A stretch of 64,000 nucleotides of DNA from Candidatus Aenigmatarchaeota archaeon (GTDB taxonomy: Archaea > Aenigmatarchaeota > Aenigmatarchaeia > GW2011-AR5): assembly GCA_016198685.1 (NCBI GenBank), contig JACQID010000004.1:261059-325058 (forward strand), read 5' to 3'. Positions within the stretch are counted from its first letter, which is position 1, and each line of letters opens with the position of its first letter. The translations under genes and the position numbers were made by a program. A model generated the notes under the pieces. The model did no database searches and was not told the DNA's origin. It worked only from the letters and a program-made list of their open reading frames with translations. Below, one piece after another: positions 1-9,360 of the stretch.

Positions 1-120
1 TGTAGTAGCCTTGTCTACGGCTTTTCTTGCGTATTCGACCTGATACATCCTACCTTCAGGCGAGAAGACTACGATAGCTCGGTCATATCCCATCTGCTGC
101 GCTGGTGCTTGGAATTCCAT
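1..120 (-). CDS. psmA: Proteasome subunit alpha, N-terminal fragment (gene runs off window edge)
   Basis: Reverse-strand translation from ATG at 120 gives [40 protein letters not shown], the conserved archaeal proteasome alpha N-terminus (GYDRA..FSP.GR..QVEYA). Truncated by window start. Confidence 0.75.
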   Translation of the reverse strand, partial: MEFQAPAQQMGYDRAIVVFSPEGRMYQVEYARKAVDKATT

Positions 121-172
121 AGAAACCACCTATATTTTCCATTATATTTATGCTCGAAGCTTAAATATGTTT

Positions 173-1468
173 TTAGATTCCAAACTTCCTCAGCATGCCT
201 CCCATGCCGCCACGTTTCATTTTGCTCGGAGAGATCGTTTTCATCATTTTCTTGGCTTTTGAGTAGTTGCCAAGCAGTTCACGCACATCACTTTCAGGAG
301 TTCCGGATCCTGCGGCTATCCTCTTGATTCTTGAACTATCAAGCACATCCGGATTCTTTTTTTCATGGGGAGTCATGGAATCTATTACAAATCTCCATTT
401 GCGTATCTTTTCCTCTTGGCCTTCAATATTGACCTTGCCTTTCATTTTTCCAAGGCCCATCATGTCCAGAATTTGCGAGAACGATCCCATCTTTTTTATC
501 GACTCAAACTGGGAATAGAATTCTTCAATGTCAAAATTCCCGCTCATGACTTTTTCGGCCTTTTTCTCATCCATGGCAGTTGATGCCTTTTCAAGCAAGG
601 TTTCCATGTCTGCAAAGCCGATTATTCGGCCGACGAATTTTCTGGGATCATATTGCTCAAGGCTCTCGATGCCTTCCCCTGTAGTTATGAATTTGACCTT
701 AGCTCCGGTTTCATAGCAGGCGGTTATGGCTCCTCCTCCCTTGGCGGTGGCGTCAGTCTTCGTGACTATGATATCCGTTATGCCCAACGCATCATGAAAG
801 GCTCTGGCCTGTATTTTTGCCGCTTGTCCTATGTCAGCCGGTATCACCAGTATTTTTTCTTCAGGCGTCATTGTATCATTCAGACCCTTTATCTCCCGGA
901 TAAGCGTGTCGTCAAGGGCATTCCTTCCTGAGGAATCGACGATGATAACGTCAGCATCCATCCTGACAAGGGCTTCGCGGAGTATGGCGCTAGCGTCCTT
1001 GTTTCCGTTTTCGCCGTAGAAAGGTGCATCTATCTTTTCTGCAAGCTGCTTAAGCTGCTCATAGGCCGCTGGCCTATCGACATCGCAGCATACCAAGGCA
1101 GTTTTCAACCCTTTCTTTTGGTAAAATCTTGCAAGCTTGGCGGCAGTAGAAGTCTTGCCTGTCCCGTAAAGGCCGGCAAGCAGTATTCTTTTTGGTTTCA
1201 GGGAAGTTTCCGATTTTTCATTGCCTAATATGGAGGTAAGTTCGTCATAAACTACTTTTATTACATGCTCCTTTCTGGAAAGACCTTCAGGGAGCTTTTC
1301 CATGCACCGATTCTTTATTCTGTCGCTGAGCTGCATGACGAGTGCTACGTCAACGTCAGATGACAGAAGCGTACGCTGCATGTCCCTGACCAATTCTTCC
1401 ACGTGCTCGGCATCCACTATGCCAAGACGGGAAAGTTTTTGTATGCTGTCCCTAAGTTTTTCAAACAT
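173..1468 (-). CDS. srp54: Signal recognition particle protein SRP54
   Basis: 431 aa; N-domain, GTPase P-loop GLYGTGKTST, DTAGR-like region, Met-rich C-terminal M-domain (MMGLGKMKG...GGMGGM). Confidence 0.95.
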   Translation of the reverse strand: MFEKLRDSIQKLSRLGIVDAEHVEELVRDMQRTLLSSDVDVALVMQLSDRIKNRCMEKLPEGLSRKEHVIKVVYDELTSILGNEKSETSLKPKRILLAGLYGTGKTSTAAKLARFYQKKGLKTALVCCDVDRPAAYEQLKQLAEKIDAPFYGENGNKDASAILREALVRMDADVIIVDSSGRNALDDTLIREIKGLNDTMTPEEKILVIPADIGQAAKIQARAFHDALGITDIIVTKTDATAKGGGAITACYETGAKVKFITTGEGIESLEQYDPRKFVGRIIGFADMETLLEKASTAMDEKKAEKVMSGNFDIEEFYSQFESIKKMGSFSQILDMMGLGKMKGKVNIEGQEEKIRKWRFVIDSMTPHEKKNPDVLDSSRIKRIAAGSGTPESDVRELLGNYSKAKKMMKTISPSKMKRGGMGGMLRKFGI

Positions 1469-1510
1469 ATGCTTATTTCGCAGAAAACGCTTAAATGAAT
1501 GCAGAGTTGG

Positions 1511-2122
1511 CTAAACGGCCTGTTTTTCCCCTTTTGCCGGGGCAATTATTTCTGCGGGCATGACATATTCCTGAGGCATCTGAGCATTGCTTTCTTTTCT
1601 GTCATCCAACTTCTTGTAAAAGAATTTGTAGAGAAGCATCAGCGCCATCATAGCAGCAAAAGCCGCAAGTATAAGATTGTATTCGCCAGCAGAAACGATG
1701 ATTCCCCCGCGTCCCCTTTCGATTGCCGTTCTTTCCTTATCCAATATCAGTTTCCATGCATCCATATGCGCCTTGCGAATTTTCATGCCGTCTAATTCAA
1801 GCACAAGGGAATCAAATATAGCATGCAATGCCGATATTCTTTCGTTTGATTCGCGTATCTTTTTTTCGGTATCGTTAAGCGAAGCAAGCGATTCCGCGTA
1901 TGCTGCAGTCAGATTATCAACCAAGCCAAACTTTTCTATGACATAAATGCTCGGCAGACCGCTCCCGCCGGCAGGCGTTACAGTGAATAGGATTTTATAG
2001 ATATTTTCCCCGGCCTGTATCATGTTCCCTGATATGGCGCTTTGATTAACGCCTTCAACTACAGAAGCTGATGAAACGGGCATTACAAGCCATATCAACG
2101 CCGCAGCGATCAACAATTTCAT
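1511..2122 (-). CDS. Hypothetical secreted/membrane-anchored coiled-coil protein
   Basis: 203 aa; N-terminal signal peptide (MKLLIAAALIWLVMPVSSA), central charged coiled-coil region, C-terminal hydrophobic helix (LILAAFAAMMALMLLY). No recognisable family. Confidence 0.45.
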   Translation of the reverse strand: MKLLIAAALIWLVMPVSSASVVEGVNQSAISGNMIQAGENIYKILFTVTPAGGSGLPSIYVIEKFGLVDNLTAAYAESLASLNDTEKKIRESNERISALHAIFDSLVLELDGMKIRKAHMDAWKLILDKERTAIERGRGGIIVSAGEYNLILAAFAAMMALMLLYKFFYKKLDDRKESNAQMPQEYVMPAEIIAPAKGEKQAV

Positions 2123-3147
2123 TTGCTCGCCCTCCTGATGAAAGTTACATATATGGTCGTTCCTGCAAGAACTGCCATGAACGCCAGCATTTCCGGCCTG
2201 AACTCCTTGCCTGTAGCGGCCTTTATCTTGGCTTCAGAAAGCTTGAGCGAAGCTTCTGCAATTGCATTTTCGCCCACAGTAAGATTACCTCTGGCAGCAA
2301 GAATAGAAACATTGATTTCAGTTATGTTATTTTCCAGCGAAATTTCATTCTCAAGCATTGCAGCCAGCGTAGCATTGGCTTTTCCAAACATCACGCCGGC
2401 ATTCAGGTTCCTGTATCGCAGCGTTTCTGCATTTTCAGTATCTTCGATGAACATCGGCCCTTGGAAAGCCTTGCCAAAATATATTTCCGTATTTTTGCCT
2501 ATGCTATCATCGTTCACAGACGATATAATTATCGTGTTTGATTCTCTCTCAAGATCCCATTTTATGTCAGAAGATGATCTTACAAGAAGAGGCGTCATGT
2601 TTTTCGGGATTACGACTGCAATGTTTTTTGCTCGGGCAGACGACAGCCTTATCGAAAGTTTTTCTGAAGATGGGAAATATGACGTTTCCTTTTCGTTTAT
2701 GACAGATTGACCTTGAGGTATTATGGCAAAGCCACTCACAGCAGCATACTGCGCATATTCGCCCGGCGCAAGAGATATGCTCACGTTTGACGTAATGTTG
2801 CCTATGGAAATGAAATTTACATTCCTAGTCATATTGCCGTTATTGCTAAGCGTGCCTTTTTCCAGCGTCATGCCGTTTTTGGTAACAAGGCGTATCGTAT
2901 CAGTCATCGTTATGTTGGCTATAGTCTCGGAAATTTCTTCCACATGTAATTCGACAGGCGCTGCATATTTTACTATCTCTGTGCCCGAAGAGAACATAAA
3001 ATAGAGAACGAACGCAAAGAACATGAGGATGAAGGGTTTCTTCATAAGAATAAACTGCCTGAAATCTAATAAAGCCGATGGCATATGTAATGTTTCTGTA
3101 ATTGACGTGCAATCATGGCGCGATGATGTGCTTAAATCTTTTTTCAA
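2119..3147 (-). CDS. Hypothetical secreted protein, N-glycosylation-sequon rich
   Basis: 342 aa; N-terminal TM/signal (FILMFFAFVLYFMFSSG), many N-x-S/T sequons (NITM, NMTR, NVSI, NMTP, NATL, NITE, NVSI, NLTV). Overlaps start of upstream gene by 4 nt (operon). Confidence 0.5.
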   Translation of the reverse strand: MKKDLSTSSRHDCTSITETLHMPSALLDFRQFILMKKPFILMFFAFVLYFMFSSGTEIVKYAAPVELHVEEISETIANITMTDTIRLVTKNGMTLEKGTLSNNGNMTRNVNFISIGNITSNVSISLAPGEYAQYAAVSGFAIIPQGQSVINEKETSYFPSSEKLSIRLSSARAKNIAVVIPKNMTPLLVRSSSDIKWDLERESNTIIISSVNDDSIGKNTEIYFGKAFQGPMFIEDTENAETLRYRNLNAGVMFGKANATLAAMLENEISLENNITEINVSILAARGNLTVGENAIAEASLKLSEAKIKAATGKEFRPEMLAFMAVLAGTTIYVTFIRRASK

Positions 3148-3178
3148 AATTTTATAGTAACTCGGTGATTCTATTGGT

Positions 3179-3308
3179 AATGGCGACTGTGCAGATAAGA
3201 CTGACGGAAAAACAGATCAAACAGATAGACGAACTTGTGGAACAGGGAGTTTATCCGAACCGTTCAGAAACGGTTCGTGATGCCGTAAGAAAATTAGTCA
3301 GGGTCTAA
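3179..3308 (+). CDS. Ribbon-helix-helix (CopG/Arc/MetJ family) DNA-binding protein
   Basis: ATG at 3179 gives MATVQIRLTEKQIKQIDELVEQGVYPNRSETVRDAVRKLVRV. The beta-strand then two helices pattern is typical of RHH/CopG regulators and antitoxins. The longer track ORF start at 3102 is unlikely. Confidence 0.6.
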
Positions 3309-4420
3309 TCAAGCATCTTTGCTATTATTGCGTCCGGATCGAAATCATCCAAGTCGCCATATTTCTGGCCGCTTCCAAGATAGAGTATGGGCTTTCCTGT
3401 AACATACGATGCCGAAAGGCAAGCGCCTCCTTTATCGTAAACATCCGTTTTTGTTAATATTATGGCATCGACCCCTATTGCATGGTCATATATTTTTGCC
3501 TGTTCATATATGTCGTTTCCTGTAAGCGAATCGAGGATGAGTATTTTAAGGTCGGGTTTGTTGACACGTGCGACTTTTTTCAATTCGTCCATCAGGTTTG
3601 CGTTTGAATGAGAGCGCCCGGCAGTGTCGCCTATTATTAGCTTGGATTTCCTAGCTTCTGCATGCTTTCTTGCATCAAAAATTACGGCAGCCGGATCGGC
3701 GCCGTAAGAATGCTTTACAAGGTCAAACCCGGCTTTTTTGGAATGTTCTTGGAGTTGCTCTATTGATGCTGCCCTGAATGTATCTGCTGCGGCAACAACC
3801 GGTCTGAATTTTCTGAACTTATGGGCAAGCTTCGCTATTGTCGTGGTTTTGCCAGCACCGTTTGTGCCAAAAACAAGCATAAGGTATGCCCCTTCTTTCG
3901 CATCTATGAGTTTTTCTAAATCAATCTTCTCGCGGGTCATGATGTTTTTCAGTGAATGTGCAAGGGCATTCTTCAGGACATCTTGAGTTTTGCTCCTGCC
4001 TACGCTCGTGCCGACGATGGCATTTTTCACTTCATCGCATATCTTTTCCGCAACTTCATACGCTACATCGTTCTCAAGAAGGACGGTTTTAAGATTGCCA
4101 AATATCTCCTCAGCTTCTTTTTCACCAAGTTTCTTCTCTGTTATCCTGCTTACTGCCTTGGAAAATAGGCTTTTCTTCGTTTTTTCTTCGATTGCCGGCT
4201 CTTCGGATATTTCAATTTTTTCTTCAGTCTTCCCATCCGATTCAGGAGCTTCGGTCAGTTCTTTTATTTCTTCCGTCTTTTCTGGAATTATCTCAGGTAC
4301 CTTGAGAGGCTGCGGCATTGGCTCAGGTTCTTTCCTTTCTTCCGGATGCGTTTCTTGCGCCGATTCCTCTTTGGAAAAAGAGAATATGCTTTTCAATTTC
4401 TTCTTTAGCGACTCAAACAT
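3305..4420 (-). CDS. ftsY: Signal recognition particle receptor FtsY
   Basis: 371 aa; acidic N-terminal region, NG domain with GTNGAGKTTTIAKLA P-loop, DTAGR, TKTDV... motifs. SRP-GTPase family and shorter than SRP54. Confidence 0.95.
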   Translation of the reverse strand: MFESLKKKLKSIFSFSKEESAQETHPEERKEPEPMPQPLKVPEIIPEKTEEIKELTEAPESDGKTEEKIEISEEPAIEEKTKKSLFSKAVSRITEKKLGEKEAEEIFGNLKTVLLENDVAYEVAEKICDEVKNAIVGTSVGRSKTQDVLKNALAHSLKNIMTREKIDLEKLIDAKEGAYLMLVFGTNGAGKTTTIAKLAHKFRKFRPVVAAADTFRAASIEQLQEHSKKAGFDLVKHSYGADPAAVIFDARKHAEARKSKLIIGDTAGRSHSNANLMDELKKVARVNKPDLKILILDSLTGNDIYEQAKIYDHAIGVDAIILTKTDVYDKGGACLSASYVTGKPILYLGSGQKYGDLDDFDPDAIIAKMLD

Positions 4421-4424
4421 TTCA

Positions 4425-4841
4425 TCACTGTGTCATGTTCTGCAGTTCGGTTTCCAAAATCTCTGCTTGCCTTCCCAGTTTTTCAGCCTCGGTTTGAAGC
4501 TGTTCCATGTAATTCATTACTTCCATACGACGGGTTTCAAGGATTGCTACGGCGTTTTCTTTTGATTCTTCAACAAACACGCCCGCGCCTATGCCTACTA
4601 TGAAATTTTCAGTGTTTTCCAGCGAGGCTTTAGCGAATACGCCCGAGCCTATGGGCGACCATATTGACTTTCCCCGGTCTTCCTTATCAACCCTTTTCAT
4701 GGCTTCGGATGACATGATTAATTCAGAAGACTTTTCCTCAAGCATCATCCTCTCCTGGAGCAGTACCGACATTTGTTGTTTCATCGCCTGGTAGTGCGAG
4801 TATTTTCTTTGAATGTCTTCCTTCTTGTCGTTTTCGTCCAT
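4425..4841 (-). CDS. pfdA: Prefoldin alpha subunit
   Basis: 138 aa coiled-coil / beta-hairpin / coiled-coil architecture. Position immediately upstream of ftsY as in the conserved archaeal L31e-aIF6-pfdA-ftsY neighbourhood. Confidence 0.7.
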   Translation of the reverse strand: MDENDKKEDIQRKYSHYQAMKQQMSVLLQERMMLEEKSSELIMSSEAMKRVDKEDRGKSIWSPIGSGVFAKASLENTENFIVGIGAGVFVEESKENAVAILETRRMEVMNYMEQLQTEAEKLGRQAEILETELQNMTQ

Positions 4842-4854
4842 ATTTATCGCCTGG

Positions 4855-5499
4855 TCATTCTAGGAATCCCAGAGCCTCAACTATATTTCCCATTTCAGGT
4901 CCCGTTGATTGCTCCGAAACCGCAAAACTAAAAGAGTTGGCTATTATGCCTGATTTCACATAGGGCGAACCATAATTGACAGTTCCAATCATCACAGGAA
5001 CTTCCAAAACTTTCTCGATAACCGCTTTTTCACTTTCCTTGATTTTCGGGTGCGCAAGGCAGCCCTTGTTCGTAGCTATAGCTGCGCTGCCGCATATTTT
5101 GAGGCCGGCGACTGTTCCTATTTCAGTTTTCACGCCTAAAAACTCTTCTATCGTGTCTTTCGATTTCCTAAGCAAAGGCGATATTATTGCGCCGATATCG
5201 TTTGCAATTATCAAATTCCCTAAGGCAGTTTGATTCGTCTCAAGCTCAAGAACGTGGCTGTGTTTTATTTTGGTAAATCCATAGGCCGCAGAGAAATTTG
5301 ATATTATAATGCCACGCGAATTGCCGGCTGCAAACATGCCTGCAAAATAGGTATTCATGACCATGGCGGAAACTACCGGAACTTTCAGGGTCTCAAATGT
5401 TTTTGGAGCGCCTCTTTGGAACCCGGCAAGATAATATTTGTCTGTAGCAAAGCCGTAAAGCCCTATGTTAGGGTCTCCTGCAAACGATACTTTGAACAT
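4855..5499 (-). CDS. eif6: Translation initiation factor 6 (aIF6)
   Basis: 214 aa; pentameric repeat signature of eIF6 (GNLIIANDIGAIISP, SNFSAAYGF, GTVNYGSPYV). Confidence 0.9.
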   Translation of the reverse strand: MFKVSFAGDPNIGLYGFATDKYYLAGFQRGAPKTFETLKVPVVSAMVMNTYFAGMFAAGNSRGIIISNFSAAYGFTKIKHSHVLELETNQTALGNLIIANDIGAIISPLLRKSKDTIEEFLGVKTEIGTVAGLKICGSAAIATNKGCLAHPKIKESEKAVIEKVLEVPVMIGTVNYGSPYVKSGIIANSFSFAVSEQSTGPEMGNIVEALGFLE

Positions 5500-5502
5500 G
5501 AT

Positions 5503-5961
5503 TTAAGCACCCGCGCGCGTCTTTCTTTCCATAAATTCCTGTATTATGCCAAACCCTGGCACTTTTGTCTTCCTTCTTTTTTTCTCAGGCAGTTCTATCT
5601 CCACTTCATCCCCATCCTTCAAGTTTGCAACTTCTTTGAGATTTTTTGTAGAAAGAAGCTCAAGCACATCATTATTATACGTTTTGTCTGCATCACGCAT
5701 GCCCCAGCATTCTTCAGTCTTATCCTTGAATACAAGCTTTACCGGCATAAAATATGCATCTATGTGCCTTTTGCCATGGCTCAATATATAATCCATCTCT
5801 ATTGTCGCATAAGGAGCAATGTTTATCGGCTCTTGAAGCCTTACATTCAGAGTTCCCGGATATGGGCTGATCTTCAGAAGATGAGTGATTCTGGGTCCCC
5901 ATTTCTTTATTAGATCCCCGCCACGGCCAAAGCCGGAAAAGATTTTACCCTTAATTTTCAT
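5503..5961 (-). CDS. ribK: CTP-dependent riboflavin kinase (archaeal RibK, MJ0056-type)
   Basis: 152 aa; GKIFSGFGRGG...YPGTLNVRL...LKDGDEVEIEL matches the MJ0056 family (GEVVSGLGEG...YEGTLNLKL...LKDGDVIKI). Extra K/R-rich C-terminal tail. Confidence 0.7.
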   Translation of the reverse strand: MKIKGKIFSGFGRGGDLIKKWGPRITHLLKISPYPGTLNVRLQEPINIAPYATIEMDYILSHGKRHIDAYFMPVKLVFKDKTEECWGMRDADKTYNNDVLELLSTKNLKEVANLKDGDEVEIELPEKKRRKTKVPGFGIIQEFMERKTRAGA

Positions 5962-6004
5962 GATAATCTATTGAAGAAACAGTATATAAATGAAGCAAGA
6001 ATGT

Positions 6005-6280
6005 CTATCCATATTTCCTTTTGAGCATCAACAGCATAGAAGTTGCAATAACTATCATGGAGTTAGTGGCGTATATGAACATATCGGCTTTCAACAGGCC
6101 GTATACTGTCCATATGGCACCGTTGATAATTCCTATTAATATCACGGCCCAAGACAAGTCTTTAGTCCTTTTTGTGCGATAAGAGGCCCATACCTGTGGG
6201 AAAAACAATATAGATGCCGTTATAGAACCAGATAATCCTAATAAAAACATTAAATCCGGCATATCATCTCTTCCGCGCAA
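6005..6280 (-). CDS. SemiSWEET / PQ-loop family small sugar transporter
   Basis: 91 aa, 3 predicted TM helices. FFPQVWASYRTKRTKDLSW is the PQ-loop motif of bacterial/archaeal SemiSWEETs (compare AFLPQ..K...T.S..DLS). Alternative start M7 at 6262. Confidence 0.7.
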   Translation of the reverse strand: MRGRDDMPDLMFLLGLSGSITASILFFPQVWASYRTKRTKDLSWAVILIGIINGAIWTVYGLLKADMFIYATNSMIVIATSMLLMLKRKYG

Positions 6281-6281
6281 A

Positions 6282-6698
6282 TTATGCCTTAGGCGTTTCA
6301 GGTTTTTCGGCTACAGCTTCCTTGCCTTCTATCTTCTTTTCAAGAGTTTCGTTCTTGACGGCCTTAGGTGTAAGCCTTTCTTCAAGCTTTTCTTTCATGC
6401 CTTTTATCTCCTTTCTTGGCTGTGCCTTGAAATCCTGATAATCATGACCCATGAGCTCTGCCTTGAAAGTTTCCCCGTCTTTAATGATCTTTACACGCAC
6501 ACGCCTCTGCGCTTTGTCTTTTCCATGAACCCATAAGACTTCATTAAGGAACTTGCCTATCTTGACGTTTCCGGATTTGACGCGCATAGCTATCTGCTTT
6601 TTCATCAAAGAGACAGAATATTTTGCTCTCTTTTTCTGCGCCTTCTTGCCGCTCTCGCCAAGAGGTATTGTCAAAACTATGTCTTCTGCCATAATCAT
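6282..6698 (-). CDS. rpl31e: 50S ribosomal protein L31e
   Basis: Conserved L31e core (DIVLTIPLG, KRAKYSV, RVKSGNVKIGKFLNEVLW) plus a Lys/Glu-rich C-terminal extension. ATG at 6698; the track's TTG start at 6701 is probably not used. Confidence 0.9.
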   Translation of the reverse strand: MIMAEDIVLTIPLGESGKKAQKKRAKYSVSLMKKQIAMRVKSGNVKIGKFLNEVLWVHGKDKAQRRVRVKIIKDGETFKAELMGHDYQDFKAQPRKEIKGMKEKLEERLTPKAVKNETLEKKIEGKEAVAEKPETPKA

Positions 6699-6862
6699 CA
6701 AATCTTGTTCTTGCTTCTTCTCCAGTTCTTCTTCCAGGATGCTATTTTTCTGGTGCGTGCCCTCTTAAGGGCGAATTTCTTTATGTCAGCCCATCTTGGA
6801 GCGTTCTTTCCTCTGATAGCTATGAGCTTCAGCTTCTTTCCCAGATCTTTTCTTGCTCCCAT
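6698..6862 (-). CDS. rpl39e: 50S ribosomal protein L39e (small ORF absent from ORF track)
   Basis: Manual translation of the reverse strand from ATG at 6862 gives a short ORF of about 54 aa, MGARKDLGKKLKLIAIRGKNAPRWADIKKFALKRARTRKIASWKKNWRRSKNKI. It is basic, with an L39e-like ..HW/NWRR..K.. C-terminus. Its TGA stop overlaps the L31e ATG, which is the expected L39e-L31e adjacency. Confidence 0.6.
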   Translation of the reverse strand: MGARKDLGKKLKLIAIRGKNAPRWADIKKFALKRARTRKIASWKKNWRRSKNKI

Positions 6863-6867
6863 GTCGA

Positions 6868-7158
6868 TCATTTCCTTTTTATGTTGAATTCTCGTTTTTC
6901 GTTTATCTTTCTTAATATCTGCACAAGCTGCTCCTCAGTTATCTTGCCCCTCAGCTGCCCACTATGATATAGCTGGGAAAGATAGATATCGAGTTGCTGT
7001 GCGACTTCAGGTTTGACTACGCGAATATTATTTAATCTCTCTTTCGCTTTTGGCTCCAACACGAGTGAAAGCGTGCTTTTGATAGCATCTTCCGTTTTCT
7101 TGTTCTCTTCTGCGATACGTTGTTGGAGTATGCGGTTTTTTATCTCCTCTTCCTCCAT
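6868..7158 (-). CDS. DNA-binding protein, PDCD5/TFAR19 (MTH1615) family
   Basis: 96 aa; conserved archaeal PDCD5-like helical protein (LEPKAKERLNNIRVVKPEVAQQLDIYLSQLYHSGQL). Sits in the L39e/L31e/S19e cluster as in many archaea. Confidence 0.75.
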   Translation of the reverse strand: MEEEEIKNRILQQRIAEENKKTEDAIKSTLSLVLEPKAKERLNNIRVVKPEVAQQLDIYLSQLYHSGQLRGKITEEQLVQILRKINEKREFNIKRK

Positions 7159-7162
7159 GCTT

Positions 7163-7573
7163 TCACTTCAGCGATTTTGCGATTTTATTCAAAAGCTTCA
7201 TGCCCTCTGGCGTGAGTGCTCTTCCTTTGGGCTTCTCTGTTTTTTTGGCAAGGCTTGCCTTTTCAAGATCCTGAAGTATTGTTCTTATGATTTTGCCCCC
7301 GCCTTTAGCAAAACGTGCCGGCTTGTGGCCTCTTCTGTGCTTGCTGCCATAATAGCTTCTAAGCTTTGAAACGCCTACTGGGCCGTCCTTATACAGCCTA
7401 CCCATGACACTTGCTGCGCGGTAAAACCACCAATCAGCATCATCGGGAAGTCTCTCCTTGCCCATTCCTGTCTTAACATAAGAAGCCCATTCAGGCTTCT
7501 CGAGTTTTTCCTTGAGAACTTCAGCAAGTCCTTTAGTAAGCTTTTCCTGGTTCGCGTCCATTGGAGATGTCAT
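7163..7573 (-). CDS. rps19e: 30S ribosomal protein S19e
   Basis: 136 aa; LPDDADWWFYRAASVMGRLY and GSKHRRGHKPARFAKGGGKIIR are S19e hallmarks. Confidence 0.9.
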   Translation of the reverse strand: MTSPMDANQEKLTKGLAEVLKEKLEKPEWASYVKTGMGKERLPDDADWWFYRAASVMGRLYKDGPVGVSKLRSYYGSKHRRGHKPARFAKGGGKIIRTILQDLEKASLAKKTEKPKGRALTPEGMKLLNKIAKSLK

Positions 7574-7610
7574 AAATTATCAGCTATTAATACGATAGGA
7601 AACATTTATA

Positions 7611-7934
7611 TTAGTATGCTTTCCTTCGTCGGACTGAAGAAGCCATAATAAAGCTCTTCTTGCATTCATTGCACGTGACAACGGCAACACCTTTTTTTAC
7701 CCGTACAAAACTATTTTTGCCTATATTTAAATACGAGGAGCAATACTTGCAGAAACGATTCTTTACCAAAGGAGGTATTCTTACATTATAACGCATTCCT
7801 ATCCGTTTCAGCAGCCTTATATAGCGCTTTGCAAGCGCAGGATCGCTTGCAGCCCTTTTGGCGGCTTCATCTATGAGTATTTCCATGCGTTCCTTGGCTA
7901 TTTTGATCTGAAATTCAGGCTTACCGCTTCTCAT
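7611..7934 (-). CDS. rnp4: RNase P protein component 4 (Rpp21/Rpr2)
   Basis: 107 aa; N-terminal helical region (IAKERMEILIDEA...LAKRYIRL) and C-terminal zinc ribbon CKYC...CNEC typical of Rpr2/Rpp21. Confidence 0.8.
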   Translation of the reverse strand: MRSGKPEFQIKIAKERMEILIDEAAKRAASDPALAKRYIRLLKRIGMRYNVRIPPLVKNRFCKYCSSYLNIGKNSFVRVKKGVAVVTCNECKKSFIMASSVRRRKAY

Positions 7935-9309
7935 GTTTCTTCCATCTCGTGCCCTCGGGGGCGTCTTCTAGATATATGCCGCGCTCGGCAAGCTTTTTTC
8001 TGATTTCATCAGAAGCCATGTAATCCCCACTTTTTCTCATTTTTTCCCGTTCTTTTATCATATTCGCTTCTTCATCGCTTATGGTTTCCTCACTCTCAAG
8101 GAAGCAGAATACCTTGTCCGCGTCTTCCAAGAACTCGATTATCTTGCGGGCGCTTTTTTCCGAATTTATGTTCTTATTTGCGAATCTTGCCATGCCGAAT
8201 AATGCACCAAGCGCATTAGGCGTATTCGCATCGTCTTCAAGCGCAGCCCAGAATTTTTTTTCATATGCTGAGATCTTCCTGTTTTCATTGCCGCTGCCCT
8301 TTATCTCCTTCATTCTTCTGTAAAAATCATTTATTGTATGAAGTGCATTCTCAGAATCACGAAGCCCGTCAAGCGTGAAGTTCATCTCGCTTCTGTAGTG
8401 CGAAGAAGCACAAAGATAGCGGAACGCTGCAGCACTGAATCCCTTTTCTTCAAGCTGGGAAAGAGTATAGTAGTTTCCTAATGATTTGGAAATTTTCTTT
8501 CCCTCGAGCAATATGAATGCTACATGCATCCAGACTTTGGAAAATTTCTTTCCGGTCGCCGCCTCGCTTTGAGCTATCTCATTCGTATGGTGTACAGGAA
8601 TATGATCTATTCCGCCTGCATGAATATCCAGGGTCTTGCCAAGATATTTCATTGCCATGGCAGAGCATTCTATATGCCAGCCGGGAAACCCGATACCCCA
8701 AGGCGAATGCCATTCCATCTGCCGCTTTTCCTTCGAGAATTTCCAGAGAGCAAAATCGGTTGCGTTTCTCTTTCCTCCCATATCTACGCGCTTCCCAGCC
8801 TCCAGACCTTCCTTGTCAAGCCTCGCTAATCTGCCATAATCCTTGAATTTTGATGTGTCAAAATAAACGCCATCTTCGGTGAGATATGTGTAGCCTTTTT
8901 TTTCAAGGCTGGCAACAAGATATATCATTTCTTTTATGTGATCAGTAGCCTTGCATAGAATGGAAGGTTTCTTGATATTCAGCTTTTCCATATCCGCAAG
9001 AAACTGCTCGGTATAGAAATTTGCGATTTCCCACGCAGTCTTCTTCTCGCGCTTCGCGCCCAACTCCATCTTGTCCTCTCCACTATCCGAATCCGAGACA
9101 AGATGTCCCACGTCCGTTATGTTCATTACGTGTTTTACTCTGTGCTTCCGTTCAATTATCCGTTTTATCACGTCTTCTGCAACGTAAGTCCTCAGGTTGC
9201 CGATATGTGCATAATCATAAACAGTAGGCCCGCATGTATAGATTTTTACTTCGTCACTTGCAAGTCCGATAATTTTCTTTTTTCGGGCAAAAGTATCAAA
9301 GAGCTTCAT
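7921..9309 (-). CDS. cysS: Cysteinyl-tRNA synthetase
   Basis: 462 aa; class I motifs: CGPTVYDYAHIGNLRTYV (HIGH region), KMSKSLGN, and zinc-binding Cys/His residues. Overlaps rnp4 by 14 nt. Confidence 0.9.
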   Translation of the reverse strand: MKLFDTFARKKKIIGLASDEVKIYTCGPTVYDYAHIGNLRTYVAEDVIKRIIERKHRVKHVMNITDVGHLVSDSDSGEDKMELGAKREKKTAWEIANFYTEQFLADMEKLNIKKPSILCKATDHIKEMIYLVASLEKKGYTYLTEDGVYFDTSKFKDYGRLARLDKEGLEAGKRVDMGGKRNATDFALWKFSKEKRQMEWHSPWGIGFPGWHIECSAMAMKYLGKTLDIHAGGIDHIPVHHTNEIAQSEAATGKKFSKVWMHVAFILLEGKKISKSLGNYYTLSQLEEKGFSAAAFRYLCASSHYRSEMNFTLDGLRDSENALHTINDFYRRMKEIKGSGNENRKISAYEKKFWAALEDDANTPNALGALFGMARFANKNINSEKSARKIIEFLEDADKVFCFLESEETISDEEANMIKEREKMRKSGDYMASDEIRKKLAERGIYLEDAPEGTRWKKHEKR

Positions 9310-9360
9310 AAATTACCTTGGAAAATAAAGCATTTATACTCCCGTAGAAGCTGGCTGTTT

